A program made the position numbers and the translations under genes. Below are positions 54,827-64,000 of a stretch of 64,000 nt of DNA, in pieces; position 1 is the stretch's first letter, and every line of letters begins with the position of its first letter. A model generated the notes under the pieces. It was not told the DNA's origin. It saw only the letters and a list, made by a program, of their open reading frames with translations, and did no database searches. This stretch comes from an uncultured Candidatus Binatia bacterium (GTDB lineage: Bacteria; Desulfobacterota; Binatia; UBA9968; JAJDTQ01): contig OZ219754.1 of NCBI GenBank assembly GCA_964291295.2, forward strand, positions 1,184,001-1,248,000, in the 5' to 3' direction.

Positions 54827-55446
54827 GGGGCTTGCTCCTCGGTCCGTGCGGCGAGCTTGTCGTTCACATACGCCACGCGTTTCGACTGTCGCGCGACAGC
54901 GGTGGCAATCAATTCGTCGTGCGTGTGATAGAGATCCTCGCGGGGCAGCTTCAGGATGTCGAGCAGGCGATCCATTGCACGGCCGTGCGTTTCAAGCAGA
55001 CCGTCGGCATGGATGTGCGCGATATCGAGCCCCTGCTCGTCCAGGGCGCGCGAGACAAGGAGCGTCCGGTGGCAGTGGAGCGGTTCCTTCTCCGCGCACA
55101 TGAGCACGATCCGGCACTTGACGGCGCCGCGAACGATGCGGTTCAACCCATCCTTGAACAAATCCGTCGCCGCGAGACGGTCGTACCGGATACGTCCGTT
55201 CTCGTAGCAGGCAGGGTCTTCGGACCGCCCCCCCAACGCATCGCCGAGATACACGTAGTGGACCCCTTGCGCAACGAGGGCTTCGGCAAGCGGTTCACGG
55301 TTAAACTGAGGATTGAATCGGCTGTACGGAACAAAGCGCACATCGGCCAACACCCTCACACGGTGCTGCCGCAACAACGCAAAAAACGTCGGTAGAGCGT
55401 GCGTGGAATGACCGATGGTCAGCACTGCCTGGGATCTTTCACTCAT
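54823..55446 (-). CDS. DUF488 family protein
   Basis: TIGHS, DVR..PYS, LMCAEKEPLHCHR; ATGA overlaps at both ends. Confidence 0.9.
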   Translation of the reverse strand: MSERSQAVLTIGHSTHALPTFFALLRQHRVRVLADVRFVPYSRFNPQFNREPLAEALVAQGVHYVYLGDALGGRSEDPACYENGRIRYDRLAATDLFKDGLNRIVRGAVKCRIVLMCAEKEPLHCHRTLLVSRALDEQGLDIAHIHADGLLETHGRAMDRLLDILKLPREDLYHTHDELIATAVARQSKRVAYVNDKLAARTEEQAP

Positions 55447-56135
55447 GAATTCCGCTCGCATTCCCTCGCAATTACCGAGGCAATCAACTTGTAACACGAA
55501 CCCCTGAACGGTTCCCCCAGACTGATGGTGAGATAGCACGCACCGATTTGGTGGTCACCGGGCCTTGCGAGATATTTCTGTTCGTATATCGGATCGGTGA
55601 TCCAAAGGGTGTAGCTTTCTCCCGCCTGCACAAACTGCCCTTGGACACGCCGCCTCATGTCACCAAAGGCCTCGCCGGGACTGAATACCGACAGCCGAAG
55701 CTCTTGCAGATGAACGAGTCTCAACGAACTTCTGACCGAATCGGTGAGCTCGATGGGAATCCTGTCGTTTCGGCCATGGCCGGTGTGATGACCATTGATC
55801 CAGAGCGGGGCAACGGGATCCACGAGTGCCGGCAAGTCGAGCTACGACAGCTTGCCTGCCTTCTCCCAGCGTTGTTCCGAATCAAGCAGCCAGTTCTCGG
55901 TCTGATAGGCATCCGGCTGCGATTCAAGAACCGGAATGTCAATGACGTCCAGGAGTTTCGGATCACTTCCATCCTGATACCGGCGTTCACTCTCCGAAAC
56001 CTCTTGATGTTCACGCGCACTGACGGGCCGGATCCATCCGCCAGCCCGGCCGTCGCGCCATTCCCGCCCGGCTATGCATCGTCCGTGCAGCTTCCTGGAG
56101 TTCGCAAGGCAGACAAAGCGTTTTACTTGCGGCAT
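55443..56135 (-). pseudogene. Dual OB-fold protein with one in-frame TAG at 55842-55844
   Basis: CLANSRKLHGRCIAG...WIRPVS...QTEN, then TAG, then in-frame ITDP...LTISLGEPF..CYKLIA. Confidence 0.75.
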
Positions 56136-56500
56136 GACGGATGTCTCCATTGTCTCCGACCTGTCCCGAAGGTTTCGGTTCCGCCGCTCCTGCGGTGGCC
56201 CGGGGTTTGACTCCTTTGATGTGGATATCGGTCAACGTCCCGGACGTCACGCGCAAGTATCGCCATGCTGCGGGGGTCGGGACAGCCGTGATTCTGCAGT
56301 CGACTGGTGTCGGTTTCAAACTTCCCGCCGATGATTTCCGCGAGGGTATAGCCGCGGCCGATGCCGTGGAGAAAGCGGAAGGCGTCGCGGATGTTGCTCT
56401 TGCCGCTGGCGTTGGCACCGACGATCACGGTGAACGGGCCGACGCGCAGCGTCTCGTCGGCGAAGTTCTTGAAGTTCCTGAGCCGGAGCGAGGTGATCAT
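56123..56500 (-). pseudogene. Truncated ABC/SMC-like ATPase (N-terminus only)
   Basis: MITSLRLRNFKNF...VGANASGKSNIRDAFRFL; similarity ends after about 60 aa; ATG overlaps the MTase stop. Confidence 0.8.
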
Positions 56501-59500
56501 GGCCGTGTCTCCAGCCCGAGACTCGCCTGGCGCGGATCGGTGACGCCCGCGCGGGCGGCGATATGGTTGGACAGCGATTCGAGGATTGCGCGTTCCTCCG
56601 AGCCTGTCGGCGCCAATTCGATCAGCGCCTGCAGCAGTCGGGCGAACAGGGCGTGACGCGCGAGGCCGCTGTCGTCGACATGGTCGTTCACCTTGGCTTC
56701 GTCGCCGGCGCGCCAGAGGTGCATCAGCCGGTGCACCCGGTCGATGAGCGGCACGGGCCGGCCGCCCGGTCCTTCGTAGCCGAGCCACTTTGCCTTGCGC
56801 CGGGTCCAGGGCAGCAGCCTGACCTTGGTGCCGCCACCGGCGGTACTGTCATCCCCATCGCCGGTTTCGTCGTCGTCCTCCAGTTCGTCGGACGGCGTGC
56901 GGCCGGGGCGCGAGAGGAGGGCAAAGCGGTCGGAGAGGTCGCGGTCGGACAGATTGCAGGACAGCGCGTACAGGATGCAGGCCCCCACGGGCGCCTCGCC
57001 CAAGCCGAAATCGCCCCGGTGCAGCAGATAGTAGGTGGTGACGTCGTCGAGCCCGCTCGCGGCGTCTTCCTCTCCGTCGCCGGTGAGCACCCGGCCGACC
57101 ACGAAGTCCACCACCATGCGCCGCACCTCACGCAGAAATTCGGAGACCGTCATCACTGCGCCCGGCTCGTCGGCCTTCTTGACGACGGGATGCCGGGAGA
57201 AGGCTTCGAGCGCCGGCCCCGTCGCCGCCCACACGAAATCCGGTCCGCGAATGCCGGCATCCCAGAAGCCGCGCAGCCGGTGGGTGATGTTGGTGCGCAT
57301 CTCGGCGAGCACCGCAGCGTCCCATCCGGGTCCCGCCGGCGGGCGCTTGCGGCAGACGAGCCAGACCGAGGAGGCCAAGGCGGCCGAAGCCATCGCCCGT
57401 GTCCGCGTGGTCATCTCGGTGCGGATCGGCCAGGAGCCGTCGACGACGAAGCCGGCGCGGATCAGTGCCGCGACCAAGGTTTCCCAAGCATCGGGCGACT
57501 TGTTGGCGAACACGACGACCAAGCGCCCTTCCGGGTTCAGCGCCTCATGGCAGGCCCGGAAGGCGCGGGCCATGCCGTTTTCGTAGGTCTGTTTTGACAG
57601 TGCCTTGTCGCCTTCGAACCGACTGGCGTCGTCGATCAGCTCGCCGTCGCCGCTCGCCGCATTCCACTTCGGGCCGAGGGGGTCGGCGAATACCGGATCC
57701 GCGTCGGGCACGACGCCGCGTAGTGCGCGCCGCAGCCAGACATGGAAGAAGTCCATGAGGTCCGAATAGGGGATGGCGTCGTAGTAGGGCGGATCGGTGC
57801 AGATCAGGTCGAAACCGCCGGAAGCGGGGTCGATTGCGGACCGCCGCAACACACTTGCACCGGGTGCTGCCTTCGCGGCGTCCTGCAGATGTTTGACGAC
57901 TCGGGCAACCCATTCCAGTGCCCCGAGAAAGTTGCCCGACGCGCCCGATAGAGGATTCACTTCAGCGAAATCCCAGACGATTGGCAAGGCAAAGCGGGCA
58001 AAGGTGTGTCCCAGGTTCTCCCTGCTATTGTGCCACGAGCAGACGGTGCTGGAATAATCCACGAGTCGGTCCAGGCATACGGCAATGGAGGCCACTACTG
58101 CCTCGCGCCATTGCGTCGGGAGGTCTCCCATCCCGTCTGCCCCGGCGGCGCACCGGCGTATCTCCCGCAACACCGAGCCCAGCGCCAGAAGCTGCCGGTC
58201 GGTGAACAGCTTGGCCCACTGGTCGAGGCCGTAAAGCGGGATGCGAAAACCCAGCGCCTCCTTGCCCGGCAATCGCTCCGCCGGCAGCCCGAACGGAATG
58301 TCCGCATACAATGCTTCCAGTTCGCTGGCGGAGACCTCCGCAGCGCGTAGCTCCGCGTCCTCCGGCAGGCGGTATTCCTTGCCCTTCGGTCCGTCCACCA
58401 CCACCGCGGTCATCACGGCACCCATGCGCCCGGCGCGGCCCTCGAGGCGGATGTCCTCCATGGTCATGATTGCATGACATGAGGACAGGGGGCAGCGTGC
58501 GCCGCTGCGGCTCATGGTGCCGGTGCCGAGATGCTTGTCGTGCTCACGACGCTGCGCCGCGTTGCCGCCCACGGGCGGAACCCCGGCCTTGACTCCGAAG
58601 ATGACGCCGCTCCTGTCCGCATTCGGCGTCATCGTGAGCAGGACGCGCTTGTTGTCCTTCTTGCAGAGCCAGAGCGTCTTGAGCAGCGGCAGTGTCGCCC
58701 GACAGCCCTTGCAGCGCACCGCGCGCGCCCAGAGCCAAGCCACCGCCGGCTTGGCCACCCAGCGCGGGTTGCGCGGATCCTTGAGGTAGGTTGCGTCGAA
58801 CCCGGCGTTCAGGGGTTCGACGTCGGTATTGCCGGCATCGTCCGGTTCCAGCCGTACAAGCGGTCGCTCCTCGAACGGCCTGCCACCGGGTGCCAGCGCC
58901 TGGAATGACGCATAGGTCGGATAGCGCTGCGCCAGCGCCGCGCGGACGCGGGCCAGTACGAGCCGGCCCCATGCGCGCACCTGCCAGGCGAGGTCGGCGG
59001 CGAAGAGGTCGCCATCGACCGACGGGGTGCGGTCGATGAGTGCCGGTTCGCGCTTGCCGTCCTCGCCGAAGCCGAGCGCCTCAAGCTGACGGGTGAGCGT
59101 CTTGCCCTTGAGACCCTTGGCCTTCAGGAACGCTCTCATGAGATCCGGGTCGGTGCGCGCGAACTCGGGCAGCGGCAGGGTCTTGCCCGCCAACCGCCGC
59201 GGATAGTCCAGTGTACACTTGAGGATGAACCAGGCCACCGGGTTGATGTCCATGGCGGTGGCTTCGCAGCCGAGCCGCATCGCCTCCAGCGGGATTGCTC
59301 CGCCGCCCGCGAACGGGTCCAGCACCTTGGGTGCGCGCCCGCCGTATGCTTTGCGGATGCGGACGCGGAACCAGTCGAGGTCCGGGCCGCCCTCGCGCCC
59401 CCAGTGCAGGATGCCGTCCCTGGTCTCGCGCCGGCGCCGTTCGGCTTCCCGCCCTTCCCGCCGTTCGGCCTTGACCGGCTCGCCAACCTCGCCCGCGAGC

Positions 59501-59718
59501 CGGCGGTAGATTTCCCGGCGCTCCGTGGCGTTGCCCGGGTCGGGCAGCAGCGTCGCGATCAGCGCCGCCCGGCAAGCCGCCAGCGGTCGCCGCGCCGGCC
59601 AGATATGCAGCGTCGAGATATGCCCATGCCGCACGGTCTTCTCGTGCACCGAGTCGAGCGAAACCTGCTCCAGTGGAAAATCGGCCTCGATCAGGCGCGT
59701 GTCGTCGGCGGTGGTCAT
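56497..59718 (-). CDS. DUF1156 adenine DNA methyltransferase
   Basis: LHIWPARRPLAACRA, DPFAGGGAIPLEA, zinc ribbon, TDPPYYD. Confidence 0.92.
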   Translation of the reverse strand: MTTADDTRLIEADFPLEQVSLDSVHEKTVRHGHISTLHIWPARRPLAACRAALIATLLPDPGNATERREIYRRLAGEVGEPVKAERREGREAERRRRETRDGILHWGREGGPDLDWFRVRIRKAYGGRAPKVLDPFAGGGAIPLEAMRLGCEATAMDINPVAWFILKCTLDYPRRLAGKTLPLPEFARTDPDLMRAFLKAKGLKGKTLTRQLEALGFGEDGKREPALIDRTPSVDGDLFAADLAWQVRAWGRLVLARVRAALAQRYPTYASFQALAPGGRPFEERPLVRLEPDDAGNTDVEPLNAGFDATYLKDPRNPRWVAKPAVAWLWARAVRCKGCRATLPLLKTLWLCKKDNKRVLLTMTPNADRSGVIFGVKAGVPPVGGNAAQRREHDKHLGTGTMSRSGARCPLSSCHAIMTMEDIRLEGRAGRMGAVMTAVVVDGPKGKEYRLPEDAELRAAEVSASELEALYADIPFGLPAERLPGKEALGFRIPLYGLDQWAKLFTDRQLLALGSVLREIRRCAAGADGMGDLPTQWREAVVASIAVCLDRLVDYSSTVCSWHNSRENLGHTFARFALPIVWDFAEVNPLSGASGNFLGALEWVARVVKHLQDAAKAAPGASVLRRSAIDPASGGFDLICTDPPYYDAIPYSDLMDFFHVWLRRALRGVVPDADPVFADPLGPKWNAASGDGELIDDASRFEGDKALSKQTYENGMARAFRACHEALNPEGRLVVVFANKSPDAWETLVAALIRAGFVVDGSWPIRTEMTTRTRAMASAALASSVWLVCRKRPPAGPGWDAAVLAEMRTNITHRLRGFWDAGIRGPDFVWAATGPALEAFSRHPVVKKADEPGAVMTVSEFLREVRRMVVDFVVGRVLTGDGEEDAASGLDDVTTYYLLHRGDFGLGEAPVGACILYALSCNLSDRDLSDRFALLSRPGRTPSDELEDDDETGDGDDSTAGGGTKVRLLPWTRRKAKWLGYEGPGGRPVPLIDRVHRLMHLWRAGDEAKVNDHVDDSGLARHALFARLLQALIELAPTGSEERAILESLSNHIAARAGVTDPRQASLGLETRP

Positions 59719-60728
59719 GAGGTGGCGTCGCGCGACGGTTCGGGCTCCAGGTCGATGGGAGTGAATGGGGGGTCATACCTGACCTGCCCGTCAGGATGTC
59801 TCTCGATGATGACGGCACTTGACAATTCACAACCTCGTCCACGCAGGAATTGTGACAGAGACTTCAAATAATCCATACGAAACGTGCACTCCGCAATCGT
59901 GAAAAGCTCTTTTCCGGAACGTGTCAGAGGGAGCATGGGCACACTTACGGATGGGTCAGTTTTTGATGTGGCTTTTGCTGATATTATCAAAAGTCTATCT
60001 TGGTATAACAGCCTTCTTCCCTGTTCATCTGCTTCGCCAAGAGGGAAACGATTTGAAAAAGACGAATCGACATGAAGAAGGCCAGCCTCTTGAAGGCTAA
60101 TCAAATTGCCCAAAGACAGCTCTTGGTGACCTCCGCTGCGGTTCCTGTAATAAAATATGAATTCACCATTGATGACGAAATCGCATATGCGCTCGAACGT
60201 CCTTGCGTCTTTGCTCGTCATGTTCCTTAGAACGTCCAGCGTCCGAAGCGAAGTTCGACCCGGCTCCCTGACCTCTCCCGCAAGGATCCTGGCCCAGATC
60301 TTACGCATGTCCTCCGACGAAATATCCTGAACGTTGTCGAAGAACCGTGCGGTCCAGTCGGGATCGGGTTCGTGGTCATCGACATCCTTGCCGTCCAGTT
60401 CAGCGGCGGCGCCCCGGACCACCGAGGCGATGTTGGTGTGCCGCTTCTTCTCCTGGAACTCGATCCGCTGTCGAATGCTATCGGGGTCCATTTCCAGTAC
60501 GCCGCGAACCTCATTGTACGGCTTGAGGAGGGTACGGCGCGCCTCGTCCTGAGCATGGGCGATGAGTTTCAGGCTGTCGGCATCGGCCTTTGTCTCGATG
60601 ATCTTGGCCTTCGCTTCCCGTCGCGCCTTCCAGGGAGCCAGCATCGGCCCCGCCACCGCGCCGATGCCGCTGGCGACGTACTTCACGAGCAATTCGACCG
60701 CCGGTATCCTGACGTTTAGGTTCACCAC
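59715..60728 (-). CDS. DUF2806 domain protein
   Basis: PDPDWTARFF, DISSEDMRKIWARILAGEV..PG..SLRTL; own AAGGAG RBS and GTG start, but also in frame with the upstream small ORF. Confidence 0.8.
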   Translation of the reverse strand: MVNLNVRIPAVELLVKYVASGIGAVAGPMLAPWKARREAKAKIIETKADADSLKLIAHAQDEARRTLLKPYNEVRGVLEMDPDSIRQRIEFQEKKRHTNIASVVRGAAAELDGKDVDDHEPDPDWTARFFDNVQDISSEDMRKIWARILAGEVREPGRTSLRTLDVLRNMTSKDARTFERICDFVINGEFIFYYRNRSGGHQELSLGNLISLQEAGLLHVDSSFSNRFPLGEADEQGRRLLYQDRLLIISAKATSKTDPSVSVPMLPLTRSGKELFTIAECTFRMDYLKSLSQFLRGRGCELSSAVIIERHPDGQVRYDPPFTPIDLEPEPSRDATS

Positions 60729-60977
60729 TCCGGTTGCTCCTTCACTCAATGCATCGCCGCGCGGCCGTCGCAGCGACAGCGATTCCTTGTCCACTTCCAT
60801 CCAGACGATCTTGCCGTCCTCGAATATGGCGATGGCGTTGCCGTTCTCCGCAGCCCGGCGGCGGGCGACTTCAGCGGCCCTCCGCAGGGCTGCTTCGGCG
60901 CCGGCCATGTCCGGATCCGGGTCGTGAGTGGGGGTGAGTCTTTCCTGCTGCCTGTCGTCCGACTTCTGTGGCTTCAT
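60729..60977 (-). CDS. Small putative antitoxin-like protein lacking a stop codon (reads into DUF2806)
   Basis: ALRRAAEVARRRA...IAIFEDGKIVW, typical of small genes after zeta-like kinases; ATGA overlap with the kinase stop. Confidence 0.6.
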
Positions 60978-61497
60978 GGGTTTTCTGCCTTCGCCAGCAG
61001 CACGGGGGCGATCCCGGAACTGTCGTATATTGCCCATCCGTCCACAAGATCGCGCCAGACGCGCTCGAAGTTGCGCCGGCCCGCACGGAGTCTTCGACGA
61101 ACCACCGTCTCGGGCACGCCGTGCCTGCCCTCCGAAACCCGCTGCCGGACGCGGGATATCGCCATTTCCGGCGTCGGGAGCCGCAGGAACAGCAGTTTCA
61201 CACGATAGCCCCGCTTTCGCCAGAGCGGAATCGAACGGGCGTGGCCACGGCCGCTCAAGGTCGTCTCGAAGGCGAAGCTCTCACCTCGGGTCGCATGGAA
61301 GTGGATTGTTTCGATCACCAGACGGCCGGCCCGGAACGCGACCGACGATGGGCGGAACGGACTCAACCCGCGGCGATCGAATCCGCATTGACAAAGGCCG
61401 GACAGTTCGCTTCGTTCTGCAGGAACTCCGTCGCGAACGTCGTCTTTCCCGCCCCGTTCGGCCCGGCAATGATCAGTATCTTCCGGTGCGCGTTCAT
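60974..61497 (-). pseudogene. Zeta-toxin-like P-loop kinase with 1-nt frameshift near 61365
   Basis: [11 protein letters not shown]...[10 protein letters not shown] then LSPF...FAFETTLSG...RVSEGRHGVP in another frame. Confidence 0.85.
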
Positions 61498-61642
61498 ACG
61501 CCTTGCTCAAGCTCAAGCGCTTTCGGACAGGCCGGTGTGATGCCGCGGGATCGGTTCGCGGCGGTGCACCGGTCGCACGCCGAGCGTCGCGAGGCAGGGA
61601 CCTTGCCCGGTGTTGCCGTGCTTTCATGGACAGGCCAGGCTT

Positions 61643-64000
61643 TCATGCCTTGGCCTCGTCCAGGCTCGCCGACAGTATCTCGGACGCCGGGATGACAACT
61701 CCGCCCTTGGCTTTGGCCAGCAGGCGGCCGAAGGGGTCGCGGACCTTGATCAGGCGGGGCCGGACCGTGGCGCAGTCGAAGACCACGTAGAGCCAGTAGC
61801 GGTCCCGCAGGTTGCAGGCCGCTGCCCATTCGTTCTCCTTCACTTCAACGGAACCGGAGCCGGCGCGGCCCTTGACCTCGATGGCGCGTTCCTCCGCCGG
61901 CCCGCGCGCCCCGCCGGGGCGAAGCGAGCGAAGGTCGAAGCCCGGCCAGTCGCCGAGCCCTTCCCGGCGCGCCAATTCGGGCCGCGACACGTCCCGGACC
62001 GTGGCACCGGCGGCTTCCTCGTGGGCGCGGGCGAGGTCCATGGCGACCGCTTCGACCTCCGCGTCATGCCGCTGGCGCTCTTCCGGATCGTCCGTCGGCA
62101 CCACCAGGGCGTGGACGATCATCGCGATTTCGCCAGGCTCGATCCCGGACGGCTCCGCTTCGAGCAGTGCCAGAACGCGCTTCTTCTCCGCGACGAGCCG
62201 GCTCTGTTCTTCCCTCACCATGGCGAGCTGTGCTTGCGCGCCGGCATCGCCCCGGTGCGCGTCGTCGCTCAAACGCCGCCGCCGCACCATCAGTTCGGCG
62301 ACCTTGTGGTTGTGGCCGCGCGTGGTCCACCGGCGCCGTTCCGGCAGCGACGCTTCGGTGCGCACGCGATGTTCCGCGGCCATGCGCCGTGCGGTCTTCC
62401 ACACCCACTCCTCCGCCTGCTTCGTCAACCGGTGCGCCGCACGGGCCAACGGCACGCCGCCCGGTGCGATGTCGCGAGCTCCGCGCAGCAACAGCAGGTG
62501 TTCCGGCGGGCACGGCGCAATGGCGCCGTCGCTCTCCTGCCGCAGTCCGATGGGGCGGGTCTCGACGGTCTCCATCCGTTCCCCTTCGCGCCGCACCACC
62601 GACACCTGCGCCAGGTGAAACAGGTAGGGTGCCTCCGCGTCGGGATCGACAAAGACGGCCCCTCGCCTCGCGTCGCCGCCCCGCCGGGTCAGGAAGGCGG
62701 TGCGGAAGCGGTCGAACACCGGCTCGCCGGGATGCATCCAGATGGCGTTGTCGCCGCTTTTCGGGCGGTGGACCGTCAGGCGCCCCCGCATCGTTTCGGG
62801 GTAGACGTCCATGGCGCCGCGTATGGCGTCGGCGGCGCGCGGCAGGTCGGGCGCCAGGTCGAAGACGCCGCCCGGATCGCCCTCCAGCCGAAGGTCGATG
62901 AGGGGTGCCGCGGTCTCGACGAAACGACGGACATAGCCGGGCAGCAGCCGGCGATACGCCTCCCGTTCCAGGGTCGCGTTGATCTCGGGGAGACGGTCGC
63001 GCACCGCGACGCTGCCGTACAGGGTACGCTCCCGCTTCTCGATGGCGCCCACCCGCTCCGGCGTCAGGTGCTGGCCCAGTGTCTCGGCAGCCTCCCGGGC
63101 GCCGTCGTCCGTCGCCGCCATCTCCAGATAGCTCTTGAGCGGCATGTTCTCGAACAGGCGCCCGACCACGTCGAAGACCTTTTCCGAACCGAGTTGCCTG
63201 CGGATCGTCTCAAGCTTGTCGAGAAGCACCCCGAGGACTCGCCCTTCGCGCGTCTCTCCGGCGATCAGGTTGACGATCACCACGGGGTCGCGCGTTTGCC
63301 CATAGCGGTGGATGCGTCCCATCCGCTGTTCGAGGCGCGCGGGATTCCAGGGCACGTCGTAGTTTGCCATCCGCCAGCAGAACTGGAGATTGATGCCCTC
63401 CCCGGCGGCGTCGGTGGCAATCAGGCAGCGCGCGCCGCCGCGGTCGGCCGGGCGCCGGAAAAACTCCACCTGAGCTTCCCGTTCCCGGTAGTCGAGCCCG
63501 CCGTGGATCAGAGCGACCTGGCCCGTGAAGCCGAGCCCCTCCAGGCGGTGCACCAGAAATGTGGCGGTGTCGCGATGCTCGGTGAAAACGATGATTTTCT
63601 CCCGGGACAAGGCCGGATCGGCCATGACCGCGCGCAGTTTTTCGAACTTGGAGTCCTCGCCGGCCTCGGCGAGTTGGCGCGCCCGGACGAGAAGGTTCTC
63701 GACCGTGGCGCGTTCCTCCCGAAGTTCCGCCAGAGTGGTCATGGCGAGACCGCCGAGCGCGGTCTCCTCGAATGCCTCGTGACGCTCCGGCGCATCCGCG
63801 TCGCCCATCTCCTCGTCGGCGGTGTGCGATTCGAAGAAATCGGGTGTACCGGCGATGCGTGCCTGGCGCCGTTCCATCTCGTCGGTGCGGCCTGCGCGCA
63901 CCAGTTCGATGGCCTCGTCCAGGCGGTCGAGGCGGCGTTCGAAGGAGCGCATCAGCGCATGGGTGGAGCTGGCGAGGCGACGCTGGAACACGCTCATGGC
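61643..64000 (-). CDS. SNF2-type helicase with C-terminal DUF3883 nuclease domain (partial)
   Basis: VFTEHRDT, TDAAGEGINLQ, PWNPARLEQRMGRIHRYGQ; GFDL...IEVKGR. Confidence 0.92.
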   Translation of the reverse strand, partial: AMSVFQRRLASSTHALMRSFERRLDRLDEAIELVRAGRTDEMERRQARIAGTPDFFESHTADEEMGDADAPERHEAFEETALGGLAMTTLAELREERATVENLLVRARQLAEAGEDSKFEKLRAVMADPALSREKIIVFTEHRDTATFLVHRLEGLGFTGQVALIHGGLDYREREAQVEFFRRPADRGGARCLIATDAAGEGINLQFCWRMANYDVPWNPARLEQRMGRIHRYGQTRDPVVIVNLIAGETREGRVLGVLLDKLETIRRQLGSEKVFDVVGRLFENMPLKSYLEMAATDDGAREAAETLGQHLTPERVGAIEKRERTLYGSVAVRDRLPEINATLEREAYRRLLPGYVRRFVETAAPLIDLRLEGDPGGVFDLAPDLPRAADAIRGAMDVYPETMRGRLTVHRPKSGDNAIWMHPGEPVFDRFRTAFLTRRGGDARRGAVFVDPDAEAPYLFHLAQVSVVRREGERMETVETRPIGLRQESDGAIAPCPPEHLLLLRGARDIAPGGVPLARAAHRLTKQAEEWVWKTARRMAAEHRVRTEASLPERRRWTTRGHNHKVAELMVRRRRLSDDAHRGDAGAQAQLAMVREEQSRLVAEKKRVLALLEAEPSGIEPGEIAMIVHALVVPTDDPEERQRHDAEVEAVAMDLARAHEEAAGATVRDVSRPELARREGLGDWPGFDLRSLRPGGARGPAEERAIEVKGRAGSGSVEVKENEWAAACNLRDRYWLYVVFDCATVRPRLIKVRDPFGRLLAKAKGGVVIPASEILSASLDEAKA

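Noticed and set aside
55842-55844. Pyrrolysine or recoded TAG in the dual-OB gene
   Set aside because: TAG is a normal stop elsewhere (ybeY, prfB, thpR); a point mutation is simpler
61620-61647. 9-bp direct repeat GCTTTCATG as a target-site duplication
   Set aside because: Only 10 nt lie between the copies and no element ends are evident

Overview
GC-rich bacterial chromosome segment. The housekeeping gene set suggests a Deltaproteobacteria/Binatota-like lineage, and the RTX, SET and decayed IS content suggests a host-associated lifestyle; both are inferences. The core blocks are bamD, tolC, a CoA-ester catabolic operon, an M23 peptidase, thpR-recA, alaS-yjbQ-phoH-ybeY-prfB, an mrp-DUF971-DUF59-double uvrA-NIPSNAP operon and assorted metabolic genes. 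Accessory DNA between them: (i) a BglII-like R-M pair behind a decayed IS1595, plus a deleted Fic gene; (ii) two RTX Ca-binding proteins, one with a G17 tract forming the entire -35/-10 promoter spacer and a frameshifting G10 tract in its CDS (candidate two-tier phase variation); (iii) two ABC-ATPase + nuclease pairs (ATPase+PIN in the recX slot, ATPase+PD-(D/E)XK-like); (iv) two diverged copies of a ~170-185 bp MITE, each truncating a mobile-element gene; (v) a >17 kb minus-strand defence operon whose SNF2-DUF3883 / DUF1156 MTase / DUF499 ATPase core carries nested, translationally coupled cargo (PHP-ATPase, Schlafen/AlbA_2, DUF488 pair, dual-OB protein, DUF2806, zeta-like kinase). All calls come from motif recognition by eye; no database searches were run.
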